Below are positions 48,251 through 58,526 of a DNA stretch of 64,000 bases, piece by piece. Source of the DNA: Calditrichaceae bacterium (lineage in GTDB: Bacteria > Calditrichota > Calditrichia > Calditrichales > JBFXGD01); assembly GCA_050173015.1 (NCBI GenBank), contig JBFXLE010000012.1:1-64000 (forward strand), written 5' to 3'. Position numbers and translations under genes: made by a program. Each line of letters begins with the position of its first letter. The stretch's first letter is position 1. Below the pieces are notes generated by a model. The model was not told where the DNA came from. It searched no databases and worked only from the letters and a program-made list of their open reading frames with translations.

Positions 48251-49585
48251 TCACGAGTTAAAAAAGCGCCGGCTTTTATAAAAATAGAAAAACAAAAGCC
48301 CCATGCCGATAACCGGTCCAATAAACCGGTCATTAAGGGATAAAATTACAATAAAAATGACGGTAAAATGATATGCAAAACCCGCCAGCCTTGGTTCATT
48401 ATAAAACATGATCTGAAAATTAAGCATGGCTGATAAAATCATCGCTGAAAAAATCAACACTACGCCTATCAGATTCAGCTGACCGGGTAAAGGCGTGTTA
48501 ACTATGATTAAAAATGCCCAATAGGTGAATAGGATGAGTATGATGAAAATAAATTCTACCATAAATTTAGCCAGCCAGATTTGATAAAATCTAAAAGGGA
48601 GTGTACTGAAATACCAATCAGGGTCAGGAAGAACATATTTATCATTGAAACTGTTGCTGTAATGCAGCCAGATAACGGTTAACACCCATATGGTCAACCA
48701 CATATCGGCGTTTTCCATTTCTAAATTGTACATAATAATCAGGACAGCGGTGTAGCTGATATAGGTAAAAAATTTAAGTCGGCGGTATTTAGGGTTTCGC
48801 CAGAGGCTGAGTAGTTCTTTGTTAAAAAGCGCCTGAATCAGATCGGGGAATATTTTTGGAATATTCATAAAAGTGAACGTACCGGCTTCTTTTCTCCGGA
48901 AGGAAAGCGCCGTCACAGGGAAAATTAATTCAAGATCCACAGATTTATTTGCGGAGTGGATCCTTAATATGGCTATCGTGAGTAAAAGCAGGAATATAAT
49001 ATCTACGACAAAAGCATAAAAGCTAAAATAATATGCCACTATATAAACAGCTGTGTAACCCGTCGTAACGAAAGTTGTGATGGTCAGGTATATTTTTTGC
49101 GCTTTTAACCTGAAAAGCAATTCGAGATGAAAAATATAAAATAGTGCGTAAAATATTACAAAAAGCGCGGCAGCATAGGATGAAAGAAGGAAGCCGGATG
49201 AAAAAATCAGCGATGTTACCACCGGTAAGAAAAGAATCACAAAAATTATCTGATATTTTTGTGAAAAATAGAGAATGACTGCTGAAATTTCATTTGCAGA
49301 AAGCGGTTTCCCGTAAAACGGCTTCAGGCCCTTTTGTCGGGGTACCAGATACATCATTATAAATGGACCGCTTATAATGGCCAAAATAATAAACAAATGG
49401 GTCAAAAGATCAGTCAACGCAAAGGGTGATATTTCCGATTCTGCGATCAGGGAACCGAAATATTGACGGAGCCGATCGGATAAATAAATATACACAAGGC
49501 CTGAAAGTAAGATCATCTCAATCTTTTGGCGCCGTCCAAGAGTACGCCAGATATGGATGGGTTGTTTTAATAAAAAACGAAGCAT
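48251..49585 (-). CDS. Putative ABC exporter permease
   Basis: Many TM segments, LFNKELLSLWR motif, upstream of the ATPase. Confidence 0.7.
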   Translation of the reverse strand: MLRFLLKQPIHIWRTLGRRQKIEMILLSGLVYIYLSDRLRQYFGSLIAESEISPFALTDLLTHLFIILAIISGPFIMMYLVPRQKGLKPFYGKPLSANEISAVILYFSQKYQIIFVILFLPVVTSLIFSSGFLLSSYAAALFVIFYALFYIFHLELLFRLKAQKIYLTITTFVTTGYTAVYIVAYYFSFYAFVVDIIFLLLLTIAILRIHSANKSVDLELIFPVTALSFRRKEAGTFTFMNIPKIFPDLIQALFNKELLSLWRNPKYRRLKFFTYISYTAVLIIMYNLEMENADMWLTIWVLTVIWLHYSNSFNDKYVLPDPDWYFSTLPFRFYQIWLAKFMVEFIFIILILFTYWAFLIIVNTPLPGQLNLIGVVLIFSAMILSAMLNFQIMFYNEPRLAGFAYHFTVIFIVILSLNDRFIGPVIGMGLLFFYFYKSRRFFNS

Positions 49586-49717
49586 GTTTGAAAATTACTC
49601 AATTTTAGACGATCACGTAACCATTATTTTTTAAAGATTGCAAGAAATTTTGCCAGTTGCTATTTTATGTTTGTTTACTAATGGTATTGAAAAAAACATG
49701 CCGTTAATATATGGACG

Positions 49718-50260
49718 GTGGAATATTCCAATCAAATTTCTTTGATGAAAAGAGTTAAAATGAATTTATTGAGAAGAATAAATGACGCCGTCGCAAAAGT
49801 TGAATTAGGGCTGTTGATATTTATCGTTTTGACAATGGTCATCTTAGCATTCATACAGGTACTTTTACGGAATGTTTTTGATCAGGGGATTCTTTGGGGA
49901 GATACCTTTCTCAGACATCTTGTGCTCTGGGTAGGTTTTATCGGGGCATCGCTGGCAACCAGGGACGAAAAACATATTGATATCGACATATTAACACGAT
50001 TCTTGCCCGTCAGAGCAAAATCGGTTGTCCGGATTATTACAAATGTGTTTGCCGGAATAATCTGTTTCATTTTAGGCAAAGCCGGCTTGACCTTTGTGTT
50101 GCAGGAAATAGAGTTCGGCACCATATTATTCAATGATATTCCCGCGTGGTATTTTGAAATTATAATTCCCGTTGGTTTTGCGCTGATGGGTATCCGTTTT
50201 TTTTGTCTTTCCCTGGAGTTAACAATTAAATGGGTTCGGCCTGAGGGAGGGAAGAAATGA
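49718..50260 (+). CDS. dctQ: TRAP transporter small permease
   Basis: 4 TM; QVLLRN, LWVGFIGASLATR..KHI.ID. Start may be 49745 or 49760. Confidence 0.87.
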   Translation: MEYSNQISLMKRVKMNLLRRINDAVAKVELGLLIFIVLTMVILAFIQVLLRNVFDQGILWGDTFLRHLVLWVGFIGASLATRDEKHIDIDILTRFLPVRAKSVVRIITNVFAGIICFILGKAGLTFVLQEIEFGTILFNDIPAWYFEIIIPVGFALMGIRFFCLSLELTIKWVRPEGGKK

Positions 50261-51540
50261 CAGGCATTTTCATCGGTCTGGCGCTGCTTCTGCTCGCTTT
50301 GTTTGGAACGTCCCTTTTTGTGATCATCTCGGCCATTGCGTTGATCGCCTTTTACTTTGCCGGAATTGATTCGACCGCGGTAATTATAGAATTATATCGT
50401 CTTGCCAGTCAACCGGTTTTGCTTGCTATTCCCTTATTTACCTTCGCCGGGTATCTCCTCGCCGAAAGCAATACACCCAAGCGTCTTTTTAATCTGTCAC
50501 GCGCTTTGTTGGGCTGGCTGCCGGGAGGACTGGCTATAGTAACGCTTGTCTCATGCGCCATATTCACCGCGTTTACCGGCGCATCGGGAGTCACAATTGT
50601 AGCGCTGGGCGGATTGCTTTTTCCACTGCTTATCCAGGAAAATTATTCCGAAAAATTCAGTCTGGGGATTCTTACTGCATCGGGAAATCTTGGTCTGCTG
50701 TTTCCACCCAGCCTGCCGATTATTCTGTATGGCCTCGTTTCGGAAACCAGCATCGATAAACTTTTTCTCGCGGGAATTATTCCGGGCGCCCTCATGGTTA
50801 TTCTGCTCTCTGTCTATAGTATCGTTTACATCAAAAAAACTTCTCATGGGCTGAAAAAAACAAAGGTTTCACTCAGGGAATTACTCAAGACCGCCAGGGA
50901 GGCTATCTGGGAAATTCCTTTGCCGGTGATTATCCTGGGCGGTATTTACACCGGTTTTTTTACAGCCACAGAGGCGGCGGCCGTAACCGCGTTTTATGTT
51001 CTTTTCATTGAAGTTGTTATTTACAAGGATATTTCGATTAAAAAAGGTTTGCCCGCGGTCATAAAGGAAAGCATGGTGATGGTCGGCGGGATTCTGGTCA
51101 TTCTCTCGGCAGCGCTGGGACTTGCGAATTATCTGATAGATGCTGAGATACCTATGAGAATATTAGAGGGAATGAAGGGCGTTATCAGTACAAAAATCGG
51201 ATTTTTACTGGTTCTTAATATCTTTTTACTGATTGTAGGGGCGATGATGGATATTTTTTCCGCCATCATGGTTGTGGCGCCGTTAATTATACCGATCGCT
51301 ACAAATTTTGGGGTGGATCCGGTGCACCTGGGTATCATATTTCTCGCCAACCTGGGGATCGGATATTCGACTCCACCGGTAGGGATGAATCTTTTTATCG
51401 CGTCATTCCGATTTGAACAGCCAATAATAAAACTTTACCGGGCGACGATTCCGTTTTTAGTGATACTACTGCTTGCCCTCATTCTTATTACCTATATCCC
51501 GGAGCTAAGTTTGTGGCTTGTGGGAGTTTTTGGAGTATAA
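50257..51540 (+). CDS. dctM: TRAP transporter large permease
   Basis: LLAIPLF, GLLFPPSLP, GVDPVHLG, TPPVGMNLF. Confidence 0.92.
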   Translation: MTGIFIGLALLLLALFGTSLFVIISAIALIAFYFAGIDSTAVIIELYRLASQPVLLAIPLFTFAGYLLAESNTPKRLFNLSRALLGWLPGGLAIVTLVSCAIFTAFTGASGVTIVALGGLLFPLLIQENYSEKFSLGILTASGNLGLLFPPSLPIILYGLVSETSIDKLFLAGIIPGALMVILLSVYSIVYIKKTSHGLKKTKVSLRELLKTAREAIWEIPLPVIILGGIYTGFFTATEAAAVTAFYVLFIEVVIYKDISIKKGLPAVIKESMVMVGGILVILSAALGLANYLIDAEIPMRILEGMKGVISTKIGFLLVLNIFLLIVGAMMDIFSAIMVVAPLIIPIATNFGVDPVHLGIIFLANLGIGYSTPPVGMNLFIASFRFEQPIIKLYRATIPFLVILLLALILITYIPELSLWLVGVFGV

Positions 51541-51576
51541 AAAAAAGACGCGAACCCGAATGTGTCCGCGTCTTTT
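51541..51576. terminator. Bidirectional terminator
   Basis: AAAAGACGCG...CGCGTCTTTT between convergent genes. Confidence 0.8.
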
Positions 51577-51579
51577 AAA

Positions 51580-52482
51580 TTATGACAGGTGAAAAATTTT
51601 CTTTATGACGTATCCGGCCATTTTCGGGTTTTCCTTTAGCCGTCGTGTTGAATATGCATACCAGTCTTTTCCGTAGGGAACGTAAACACGCAGCCTGTGA
51701 CCGGCATTTACAATAATGTCGCGCAATTGTTCATCAACTCCCAGGAGCATTTGAAATTCATACTCATCTTTTTTCAGGCCCAGATCTTCAACAGTTTTTA
51801 TCCCGTGCCAGACAAGTTTTTCATCATGAGTGGCGATTCCTACGTAGCACTTATTTTTCAAAAGCTGTTCTAAATTATATTTATAACTTTCATTGATAAT
51901 CGCCATGTCTTTGTAAGCGTCCTCCCGGGGCTCCACATAAATTCCCTTGCAAAGCCGCAGATTTGCTTTGTGAGAAATAAGTTTCCGCACATCATCGGCT
52001 GTGCGTCGTAAATATGCCTGAATGACAAGTCCCACGTGGCCTTCAAATTCTTCCTTGAGTCGCAAATATAAATCGATTGTGCTGCCTGTTGTGTGGCGGT
52101 CTTCCATATCGATTCGGACAAAATTATTATATTTTTTTGCTATTTCAATGATGCCGCGAATATTATTATAACAGAATTCTGTATCGAGATTAAGTCCCAT
52201 GTGCGTGGGTTTCACGGAAACATTGGCGTTCAGTTTGTGAAGATCGATGGCTTTCAAAATCTCCTTGTATTCATCCGCTGCCGCTGCCGCCTGTTCTTTT
52301 TTTGTGACTTCCTCGCCAAGCAGATCCATAGTTGCCATAATCCCTTTGGCATTCAATTCCCTTACAACCGAAATGGCCTCATTTAGAGTTGATCCGGCTA
52401 TATAATTCCGCGAAAAATATCTGACAATCGGTTTTGGAACAACAGGAAGTGTCAAAACAACTAATTTATCCAATAAGCTCAT
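51580..52482 (-). CDS. Monofunctional proline dehydrogenase
   Basis: YIAG, DLLGE, VRIDME, RLCKGIY, IATHD, EFQML.G, RVYVPYG..WY.YS.RRL.ENP. Confidence 0.93.
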   Translation of the reverse strand: MSLLDKLVVLTLPVVPKPIVRYFSRNYIAGSTLNEAISVVRELNAKGIMATMDLLGEEVTKKEQAAAAADEYKEILKAIDLHKLNANVSVKPTHMGLNLDTEFCYNNIRGIIEIAKKYNNFVRIDMEDRHTTGSTIDLYLRLKEEFEGHVGLVIQAYLRRTADDVRKLISHKANLRLCKGIYVEPREDAYKDMAIINESYKYNLEQLLKNKCYVGIATHDEKLVWHGIKTVEDLGLKKDEYEFQMLLGVDEQLRDIIVNAGHRLRVYVPYGKDWYAYSTRRLKENPKMAGYVIKKIFHLS

Positions 52483-52748
52483 ACCTACTCCATGTTTCGT
52501 ACAATATTCTTGCCGAAATCCGGCTTTATAATCTATTAAACATCAAATTCTAAGTTAGTGAATAATTTATCAGAATGAAAATTTCTAATCAATACATTTT
52601 TAAGTTTTTTAACACGAGGAAAAAAGTGGATGGCGGGATTTTATTATACTCCCTGGACATACAAGGGACCGATAAATATGTCTTCTAAAGGATCACTTTG
52701 CCGAGGATCATAATACTATAATTGAATGGTTATTAAAACCGCTTGAAA

Positions 52749-52979
52749 TTACCGATAGGAATCAGCTGAATTGATATTCTGATCGGAGTGGATAGATTTC
52801 TCAAAATTGCCATTGTGATCATATACTTGAATGACAGCGCCCGGTTTTTCTTTGATCATCTCATTTGCGGCGCTAAGCGCGTTGCCTTTTGAGAAATACA
52901 TACTTAGTCCGATGTCGTCATTTTCAATGGCCCAGTGAACGCCGAAAGGCGCAATTCGATAGATATTTTTGTGCTTCAT
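52749..52979 (-). CDS. DUF2188-like small protein
   Basis: YRIAP....WAI...F.K..A...A....IQVYDHNGNFE pattern. Confidence 0.6.
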   Translation of the reverse strand: MKHKNIYRIAPFGVHWAIENDDIGLSMYFSKGNALSAANEMIKEKPGAVIQVYDHNGNFEKSIHSDQNINSADSYR

Positions 52980-53147
52980 TCCAATATCCCCGTTTTATAG
53001 AATTTTTTGTGATGCATAGATATTGGGGATTCAATCGAACTGAGATCCTGCAACGGATAAAGGATGCAGAATATAAATTTATTGATGAGAAAAAGGAGGA
53101 AGAAGTCTATTAAAAGCCGAATCCCTTTTTATTATAACGTAGTTACC

Positions 53148-54212
53148 CTACGATTTATTCTTTTTTGTTTTAAATTCAGGTATAAAACTGCCAAATCCCT
53201 GATTGCAGTTCCGACACATATCAATACTTTTGCGATCTTTGATTAATTGATCGCGAAATTCAAAAAATTGCCCGCTCAGCCAGATCTCTTCGAATTGTTT
53301 GGTAAGATTTATATTTCCCATATTATAGTGACCGTTTTTATCGAAACAGCATGGCACCACTGAACCATCCCAGTTTATCAGCGTCGACATCCAGGGACGG
53401 GGACAGGATTTTTTATGATTGTTTTTTACGCTTAATGTCTGGCCGCTAAAATCATACCGTCTGAACTTTTCGTTTTCCGGCAGCCAGGTTTTTGCTTCAT
53501 CCAACGAACGCACTTCAATGTTTTTGATCAGGATACGGTCCACACCAATCTCTTTACCCAATTTTTTAATAGCCGTAAGTTCATGTTCATTATGCTTCAT
53601 CACAAGAAACTGAAGCGCGATCAGCGGTGTTTTACTTTTTCGCTGACGTTTAATCTCCATAAATCGGCGTAATCCATCGGTAACTTTAGTAAAATCACCT
53701 TTTATCCGGTAAGTTTCGTAGGTTTCCTGTGTTATTCCATCGAGAGAAACAATCATGCTGTCAAGCCCCGAATCAATTGTTGCATTAATTGATTCATCTG
53801 TGAAATAATGGGCATTTGTGCTGGTAGTGCAATATATGTTTTTTTCTTTTGCCAATCTTACAAATTCAAGAAAATGTTTATTGATGTATGGTTCACCCTG
53901 ATGATAGAGAAGCAGAAAGAAAACATCGTTACCTAACTGACTCAGAATGGATCTAAACGTGTGAAGAGACATTTTTCCAACAGGCCTTTCCATCTCTCCG
54001 GCCCCGGTTGTACATAGTGGGCATTTGAGATTGCAGACATTGGTGGGTTCTATTGTAAGAACGGGAGGGACGCCCCAAAGGATATTCTTATTTAGAACCG
54101 CGGAAAGAATAAATGAGACTCCGGTTTTCATAAGATTTATAAATCGGCGGAACGTCAGGGACCGAATCAGGTTAGGAAGTAAAAGTTCGTTCAAGAGCAT
54201 TCTCTCAATCAT
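53148..54212 (-). CDS. Radical SAM/SPASM(twitch) protein, paralog 1
   Basis: EPTNVCNLKCPLC, QGEP, CPRPW...PCCFD...CRNC. Confidence 0.9.
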   Translation of the reverse strand: MIERMLLNELLLPNLIRSLTFRRFINLMKTGVSFILSAVLNKNILWGVPPVLTIEPTNVCNLKCPLCTTGAGEMERPVGKMSLHTFRSILSQLGNDVFFLLLYHQGEPYINKHFLEFVRLAKEKNIYCTTSTNAHYFTDESINATIDSGLDSMIVSLDGITQETYETYRIKGDFTKVTDGLRRFMEIKRQRKSKTPLIALQFLVMKHNEHELTAIKKLGKEIGVDRILIKNIEVRSLDEAKTWLPENEKFRRYDFSGQTLSVKNNHKKSCPRPWMSTLINWDGSVVPCCFDKNGHYNMGNINLTKQFEEIWLSGQFFEFRDQLIKDRKSIDMCRNCNQGFGSFIPEFKTKKNKS

Positions 54213-54400
54213 GGATTTTTATGCGTTTAACTGTCAAAAAAGTTAATTGATTTCCGGGTGGATTGCAAAAAGCATTATTGAAAAGATTAATTCCATGGCT
54301 CGATATGTGATATCCCATTTGTATTATGGCGGACCGGTTGTAATTATGGTATAAACCTGCTAAATTTCTTTTGAGATTTATTTAGAATGGATTAATTCAG

Positions 54401-55498
54401 ATGGACTTGATTTACTGGTTTTTTCTTATTTCCAATGGTTTCTACATTTTTTTACTTCTGCTCGTCTTTGCCGGACTGAGTATGTTGAAAATAAAAAACA
54501 AGACAAATTATCCGAAAATTTCCATCGTAATCGCGGCGCGAAATGAAGAGAAAAGGATAACTCCGGCCATTCATTCCATGTTGAAATTAAATTATCCGAT
54601 TGACAATTTTGAAGTGATCTGGGTGGATGACGCGTCGACAGATGATACCGCTAAAATAATAGAACAACACGCGAAGGAACAAAAAAACTGGAAACTGATA
54701 CGGATTGACGAAAAAAGTACAAGTCTGCGCGGGAAAAAGAAAGCGTTGAAATCAGGAATAGATCAGGCTACGGGTGAATTGATATTCACTACCGACGCGG
54801 ATTGTGAGGTGCCACAGGACTGGCTGATGATAATGAGTTCATATTTTGACGATCATACGAGCATGGTACTGGGACATTCACCTTTAACAGGGCTGAAGGG
54901 CTTCCTGGGGCGTATCTTACAATTTGATAATCTGTTTTCCGCAGTGGTAACGGCAGCGCCCACGAAATTAGGTTTTCCAATGAGTAGTATCGGACGCAAT
55001 CTGTCGTATAAAAAAAAGGTCTATGCGGATGTCGGGGGATATGACTCTTTGAAAAAATTCCGAAGCGGAGATGATGTTCACCTGACGGAACGCTTCAGAA
55101 GAGAAGATGGGGGGAAAATTGACTATTGCATCCATCCGGCAACGTTTGTATCAACAAAACCGCCTCTTACCGGTAAGGAGATATTTCATCAACAGGTTAG
55201 GAAAAACAGCAAAACATTGAATAAATCACTGCCGTCGGTTCTGCTTTCAATAGTTTTGTTCCTTTATTTCATCATCCTTATTATTTTTCCTTTTTTAAAC
55301 TCAAAATGGCTGGGATTGTGGTTGGCGTTACTGGCAATTAAATTTAGCGCCGAGCTGATTACTTTGATTAAAGCCTGTTTTATATTCAAAAAAAAAGAAT
55401 TGGTACCGTATCTTCCTCTGATGCAGATCATTTATCCGGGATATGTCATTTTCTTCAGCCTGCTTGGAGTCCTGCAAATTTATGAATGGAAAAAGTAG
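54401..55498 (+). CDS. Membrane-bound GT2 glycosyltransferase
   Basis: IAARNEE, DDASTD, GKK.AL, TDADC, SGDD, QQVRK, flanking TM helices. Confidence 0.9.
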   Translation: MDLIYWFFLISNGFYIFLLLLVFAGLSMLKIKNKTNYPKISIVIAARNEEKRITPAIHSMLKLNYPIDNFEVIWVDDASTDDTAKIIEQHAKEQKNWKLIRIDEKSTSLRGKKKALKSGIDQATGELIFTTDADCEVPQDWLMIMSSYFDDHTSMVLGHSPLTGLKGFLGRILQFDNLFSAVVTAAPTKLGFPMSSIGRNLSYKKKVYADVGGYDSLKKFRSGDDVHLTERFRREDGGKIDYCIHPATFVSTKPPLTGKEIFHQQVRKNSKTLNKSLPSVLLSIVLFLYFIILIIFPFLNSKWLGLWLALLAIKFSAELITLIKACFIFKKKELVPYLPLMQIIYPGYVIFFSLLGVLQIYEWKK

Positions 55499-55569
55499 GC
55501 CGGATTAACTAAATTGACACACCTTAACAACATCTGGAACAAGAGACTTATTAAAAGCTTACACAACAT

Positions 55570-56547
55570 ATGAGAGAAAGATTAAAACAACGAATCTTAT
55601 TCGCGCTAAAGTACCTTGTGGGATTTCTACTTCTCGCGTGGATATTGGCGTATATTGACCGGGAACAGATGTTCGCAACAATAATGAACTTAGAACTCTC
55701 GGTGATTGTATTTGTCATTGTCCTGGCTGTTCTGAGCTTGACTGCCCAGTTTTATCGCTGGAAATATCTTGTGGAAAGTAATTCCATCCATTTCAGGGCG
55801 GTAGATCTAATACCTTCATTTTTCGCGGGATTTGCTTTCCGCATGATGCTGCCCGGGGGACACGCGGAAATCACCAAAATATTCTTACTCCCCGGGAAAA
55901 AGGGAGGAAAAGTTGTTGCCTTTGGAATCGAAAAATTTTTTCAGACATACATTAAAATATTCATGGTATCTTTAGCTTTTCCTCTTATGTTTCCTAAGTA
56001 TCGTTTTGTATTGTGGGGATTGAGTGGATTGTTATTGTTGGTTTATTTTTTTCTTCCGCTCATGATGCAAAGAGCGTTTCTTAAAAAGTATCAGGAACGG
56101 GAAGTCAATTATCACAGCTTATTTTTTAGAACACTCATTTTCTCGGTAGCAATATTCGGCGGGCTGATTTTGCAGTATTATTATTTGCTCAATTCAGTTC
56201 ATGATATTGGGTTTTATGAAACATCACTATCTGTAATTTTCATCTGGGGAGCCGGATTACTGCCGATTTCCGTATCGGGACTGGGAGTCAGGGAAGCGCT
56301 ATCGGTTTTTTTCTTTGGCAAATTCGGCATACCGGGCTCATCGGCGGTCGGACTGTCACTTTTTCTGTTTTTTATTAACGCCATTCTGCCGGCTTTGGCG
56401 GGTGTGTACTATATAATAAAGAGAAGAAACGATCTCCGGGATGCCGGTGGGATATTCAAATCTGCCGCAAAAAAAGCTATTGGAACCGGGAAAAATAGAA
56501 TGGTGTTCAAAAAATACCGTTCCGTCTTAGATAAAAAGTCAGAGTAA
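55570..56547 (+). CDS. Lysylphosphatidylglycerol-synthase TM / flippase-like membrane protein (UPF0104)
   Basis: RWKYL, MLPGG, LPISVSGLGVRE; multi-TM. Confidence 0.82.
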   Translation: MRERLKQRILFALKYLVGFLLLAWILAYIDREQMFATIMNLELSVIVFVIVLAVLSLTAQFYRWKYLVESNSIHFRAVDLIPSFFAGFAFRMMLPGGHAEITKIFLLPGKKGGKVVAFGIEKFFQTYIKIFMVSLAFPLMFPKYRFVLWGLSGLLLLVYFFLPLMMQRAFLKKYQEREVNYHSLFFRTLIFSVAIFGGLILQYYYLLNSVHDIGFYETSLSVIFIWGAGLLPISVSGLGVREALSVFFFGKFGIPGSSAVGLSLFLFFINAILPALAGVYYIIKRRNDLRDAGGIFKSAAKKAIGTGKNRMVFKKYRSVLDKKSE

Positions 56548-56675
56548 TTTTTTTCAGGCAGTATAAAAATAAATAAACAGAATTACGGGTTCAGCCAAAT
56601 TCGTTGTCATTTTAAATCGGAACATCGGTGGAAAAATCATCTAACTTTTCCGGATAAATAAGCATTGGACTAAAG

Positions 56676-57773
56676 ATGTCATTTTTAGATAAATTAACGC
56701 TTTCATTTTTGCCTTTTAAATCGGCAATACGCCTTCTGCGCGCATCAAAAGTTAGTTATACCCCGCGCCGTCTTTTAAACTTCTTCAAAATCTGGCTGTC
56801 AATGAACATCTCAAAATTGTCGCGGAAACCTGTTGTCTGGGGATACGCGCCGGTTCTGATGGTGGAGCCTACTAATATCTGTAATCTTAAATGCCCCATG
56901 TGCCCATCGGGAAACGGAGATATGGCGCGCCCTAAGGGGAAGCTTGATCTGGATAATTTCAGACGATTAATGGATGACGTGGGAGATTATATATTTTTGG
57001 TACAATTCTGGAATCAGGGTGAACCTTTCATTAACAAATCGTTTATCGATTTTGTGAAGTACGCTAAATCGAAGGGTGTTATGACGCAGACCTCGACCAA
57101 CGGACATTTTGTGCGGGATGATGAGGCAGCGGACGAAGTTATTCTTTCAGGGCTTGATCAGATTATTTTTTCTATGGATGGAACGAATCAGCAAACATAC
57201 GAGCAATACAGAGTCGGAGGCAATTATAATCTGGTTCTTGAGACTCTCGGCCGGTTATCGGAAGCGAAAAAACGGCATAACAGTAAAACACCGTTTATTG
57301 AATTGCAGTTTATCGTTTTTAAACATAATCAGAATGAGATTGATGAGATCATCCGGCTCGCGAAGCGGTTTAAGGTGGATCATCTCTCATTTAAAACCGC
57401 GCAGGTTTATTCCGCTGATCAGGCGGAAGAATTTTTGCCCGATGATACTGATATGAGGCGATATTCTTTTGATGGCGATCATTTACAGCTAAAAGATGAT
57501 GTTCCGAACTGGTGTAAGCGGTTATGGATGAATTCCACGGTAAACTGGGACGGATCCGTAAGTCCCTGCTGTTTTGACAAAGACGCGGATCATGCTTTTG
57601 CCAATATATTTACGGATGGTGTTTCATTCAGAGAAACCTGGACAAATAATAAGTACATGAACTTCCGCAGATCGGTATTAAAAAATCGCAAGGCGATCGA
57701 CATGTGCAGGAATTGTACCGAAGGATTAAAAGAGCCATACGCGCGGGTCGTAAATCTTGATGAAGTTTCATAG
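56676..57773 (+). CDS. Radical SAM/SPASM(twitch) protein, paralog 2
   Basis: EPTNICNLKCPMC, QGEP, CKRLW...PCCFD...CRNC. Confidence 0.9.
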   Translation: MSFLDKLTLSFLPFKSAIRLLRASKVSYTPRRLLNFFKIWLSMNISKLSRKPVVWGYAPVLMVEPTNICNLKCPMCPSGNGDMARPKGKLDLDNFRRLMDDVGDYIFLVQFWNQGEPFINKSFIDFVKYAKSKGVMTQTSTNGHFVRDDEAADEVILSGLDQIIFSMDGTNQQTYEQYRVGGNYNLVLETLGRLSEAKKRHNSKTPFIELQFIVFKHNQNEIDEIIRLAKRFKVDHLSFKTAQVYSADQAEEFLPDDTDMRRYSFDGDHLQLKDDVPNWCKRLWMNSTVNWDGSVSPCCFDKDADHAFANIFTDGVSFRETWTNNKYMNFRRSVLKNRKAIDMCRNCTEGLKEPYARVVNLDEVS

Positions 57774-57777
57774 CCTT

Positions 57778-58413
57778 TTAGATTTCATACCATTTCAGGT
57801 AGTCTTCCTCATAAATTTGAATATCATCAAACCAGACTTTTCCTCCACTGTTGCCGATGGTGTCAAGACCGGTTTTTATCAAAACACGTCGGGTGCCGGG
57901 CGGAATGGTGAAAAGCAATATGATTTCTTTCCAGTCACTGGTGCCGGTTAATCGGGATGACTCTATCGTGCTGGCGCTGAGGACGAAGCTGTGGTGGAAT
58001 TTGTCGGGGAACATGATCTTTATCCATGCGCTTCGCGAGAGATTTTTTGTTTTTACCCAGGCTCTTAGTTTGTAAGTGTGTCCCGCTTGAAAATTATTTA
58101 GCGTTTGTGTCCAGTAAAAAGACGCGGGGATTTCCTGGTGGTTCGAAGGGATTTCAATAGAGACGGAATGATCACCACTGTGAAATATATCGTTATCCCA
58201 CCTGTAAATCTCATGATCCAGAAGTGTATTGGAATGAGGTTTGAACCATCTTGCGGGTATTTGTTTCCTCAGGCTGTGTTCTTCAAACCCACCATTATAG
58301 ACCAATTGAAACGGAAGAACTTCGTCCGACACCTTTCTACTTATGTTCTCATCACTGCAGGTAAACGGCATAAACGCGGCAAACAGCCAGATTAAAATAA
58401 TCGGGAGTTTCAT
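57778..58413 (-). CDS. Exported CBM4/9-like carbohydrate-binding domain protein
   Basis: Signal/lipoprotein-like N-terminus; LVYNGGFE, YKLRAWVKT, GTSDW, VWFDDI. Confidence 0.7.
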   Translation of the reverse strand: MKLPIILIWLFAAFMPFTCSDENISRKVSDEVLPFQLVYNGGFEEHSLRKQIPARWFKPHSNTLLDHEIYRWDNDIFHSGDHSVSIEIPSNHQEIPASFYWTQTLNNFQAGHTYKLRAWVKTKNLSRSAWIKIMFPDKFHHSFVLSASTIESSRLTGTSDWKEIILLFTIPPGTRRVLIKTGLDTIGNSGGKVWFDDIQIYEEDYLKWYEI

Positions 58414-58494
58414 AAGAATCCCTTTTAGTCAGAACACTATCTATATATCCTAACTAAAAGAGGGCGAAAATTATTTTCGTGTTTAGGAAATAAA

Positions 58495-58517
58495 CAGCGG
58501 CAGAAAATCTGCCGCTG
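58495..58517 (-). terminator. Hairpin downstream of acs
   Basis: CAGCGGCAGA-AAA-TCTGCCGCTG. Confidence 0.65.
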
Positions 58518-58526
58518 ACAAATATT

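Noticed and set aside
52749-53246. RiPP precursor for the radical SAM/SPASM enzymes
   Set aside because: The 76-aa ORF looks DUF2188-like and the other short ORFs overlap real genes; no leader/core pattern or RRE.
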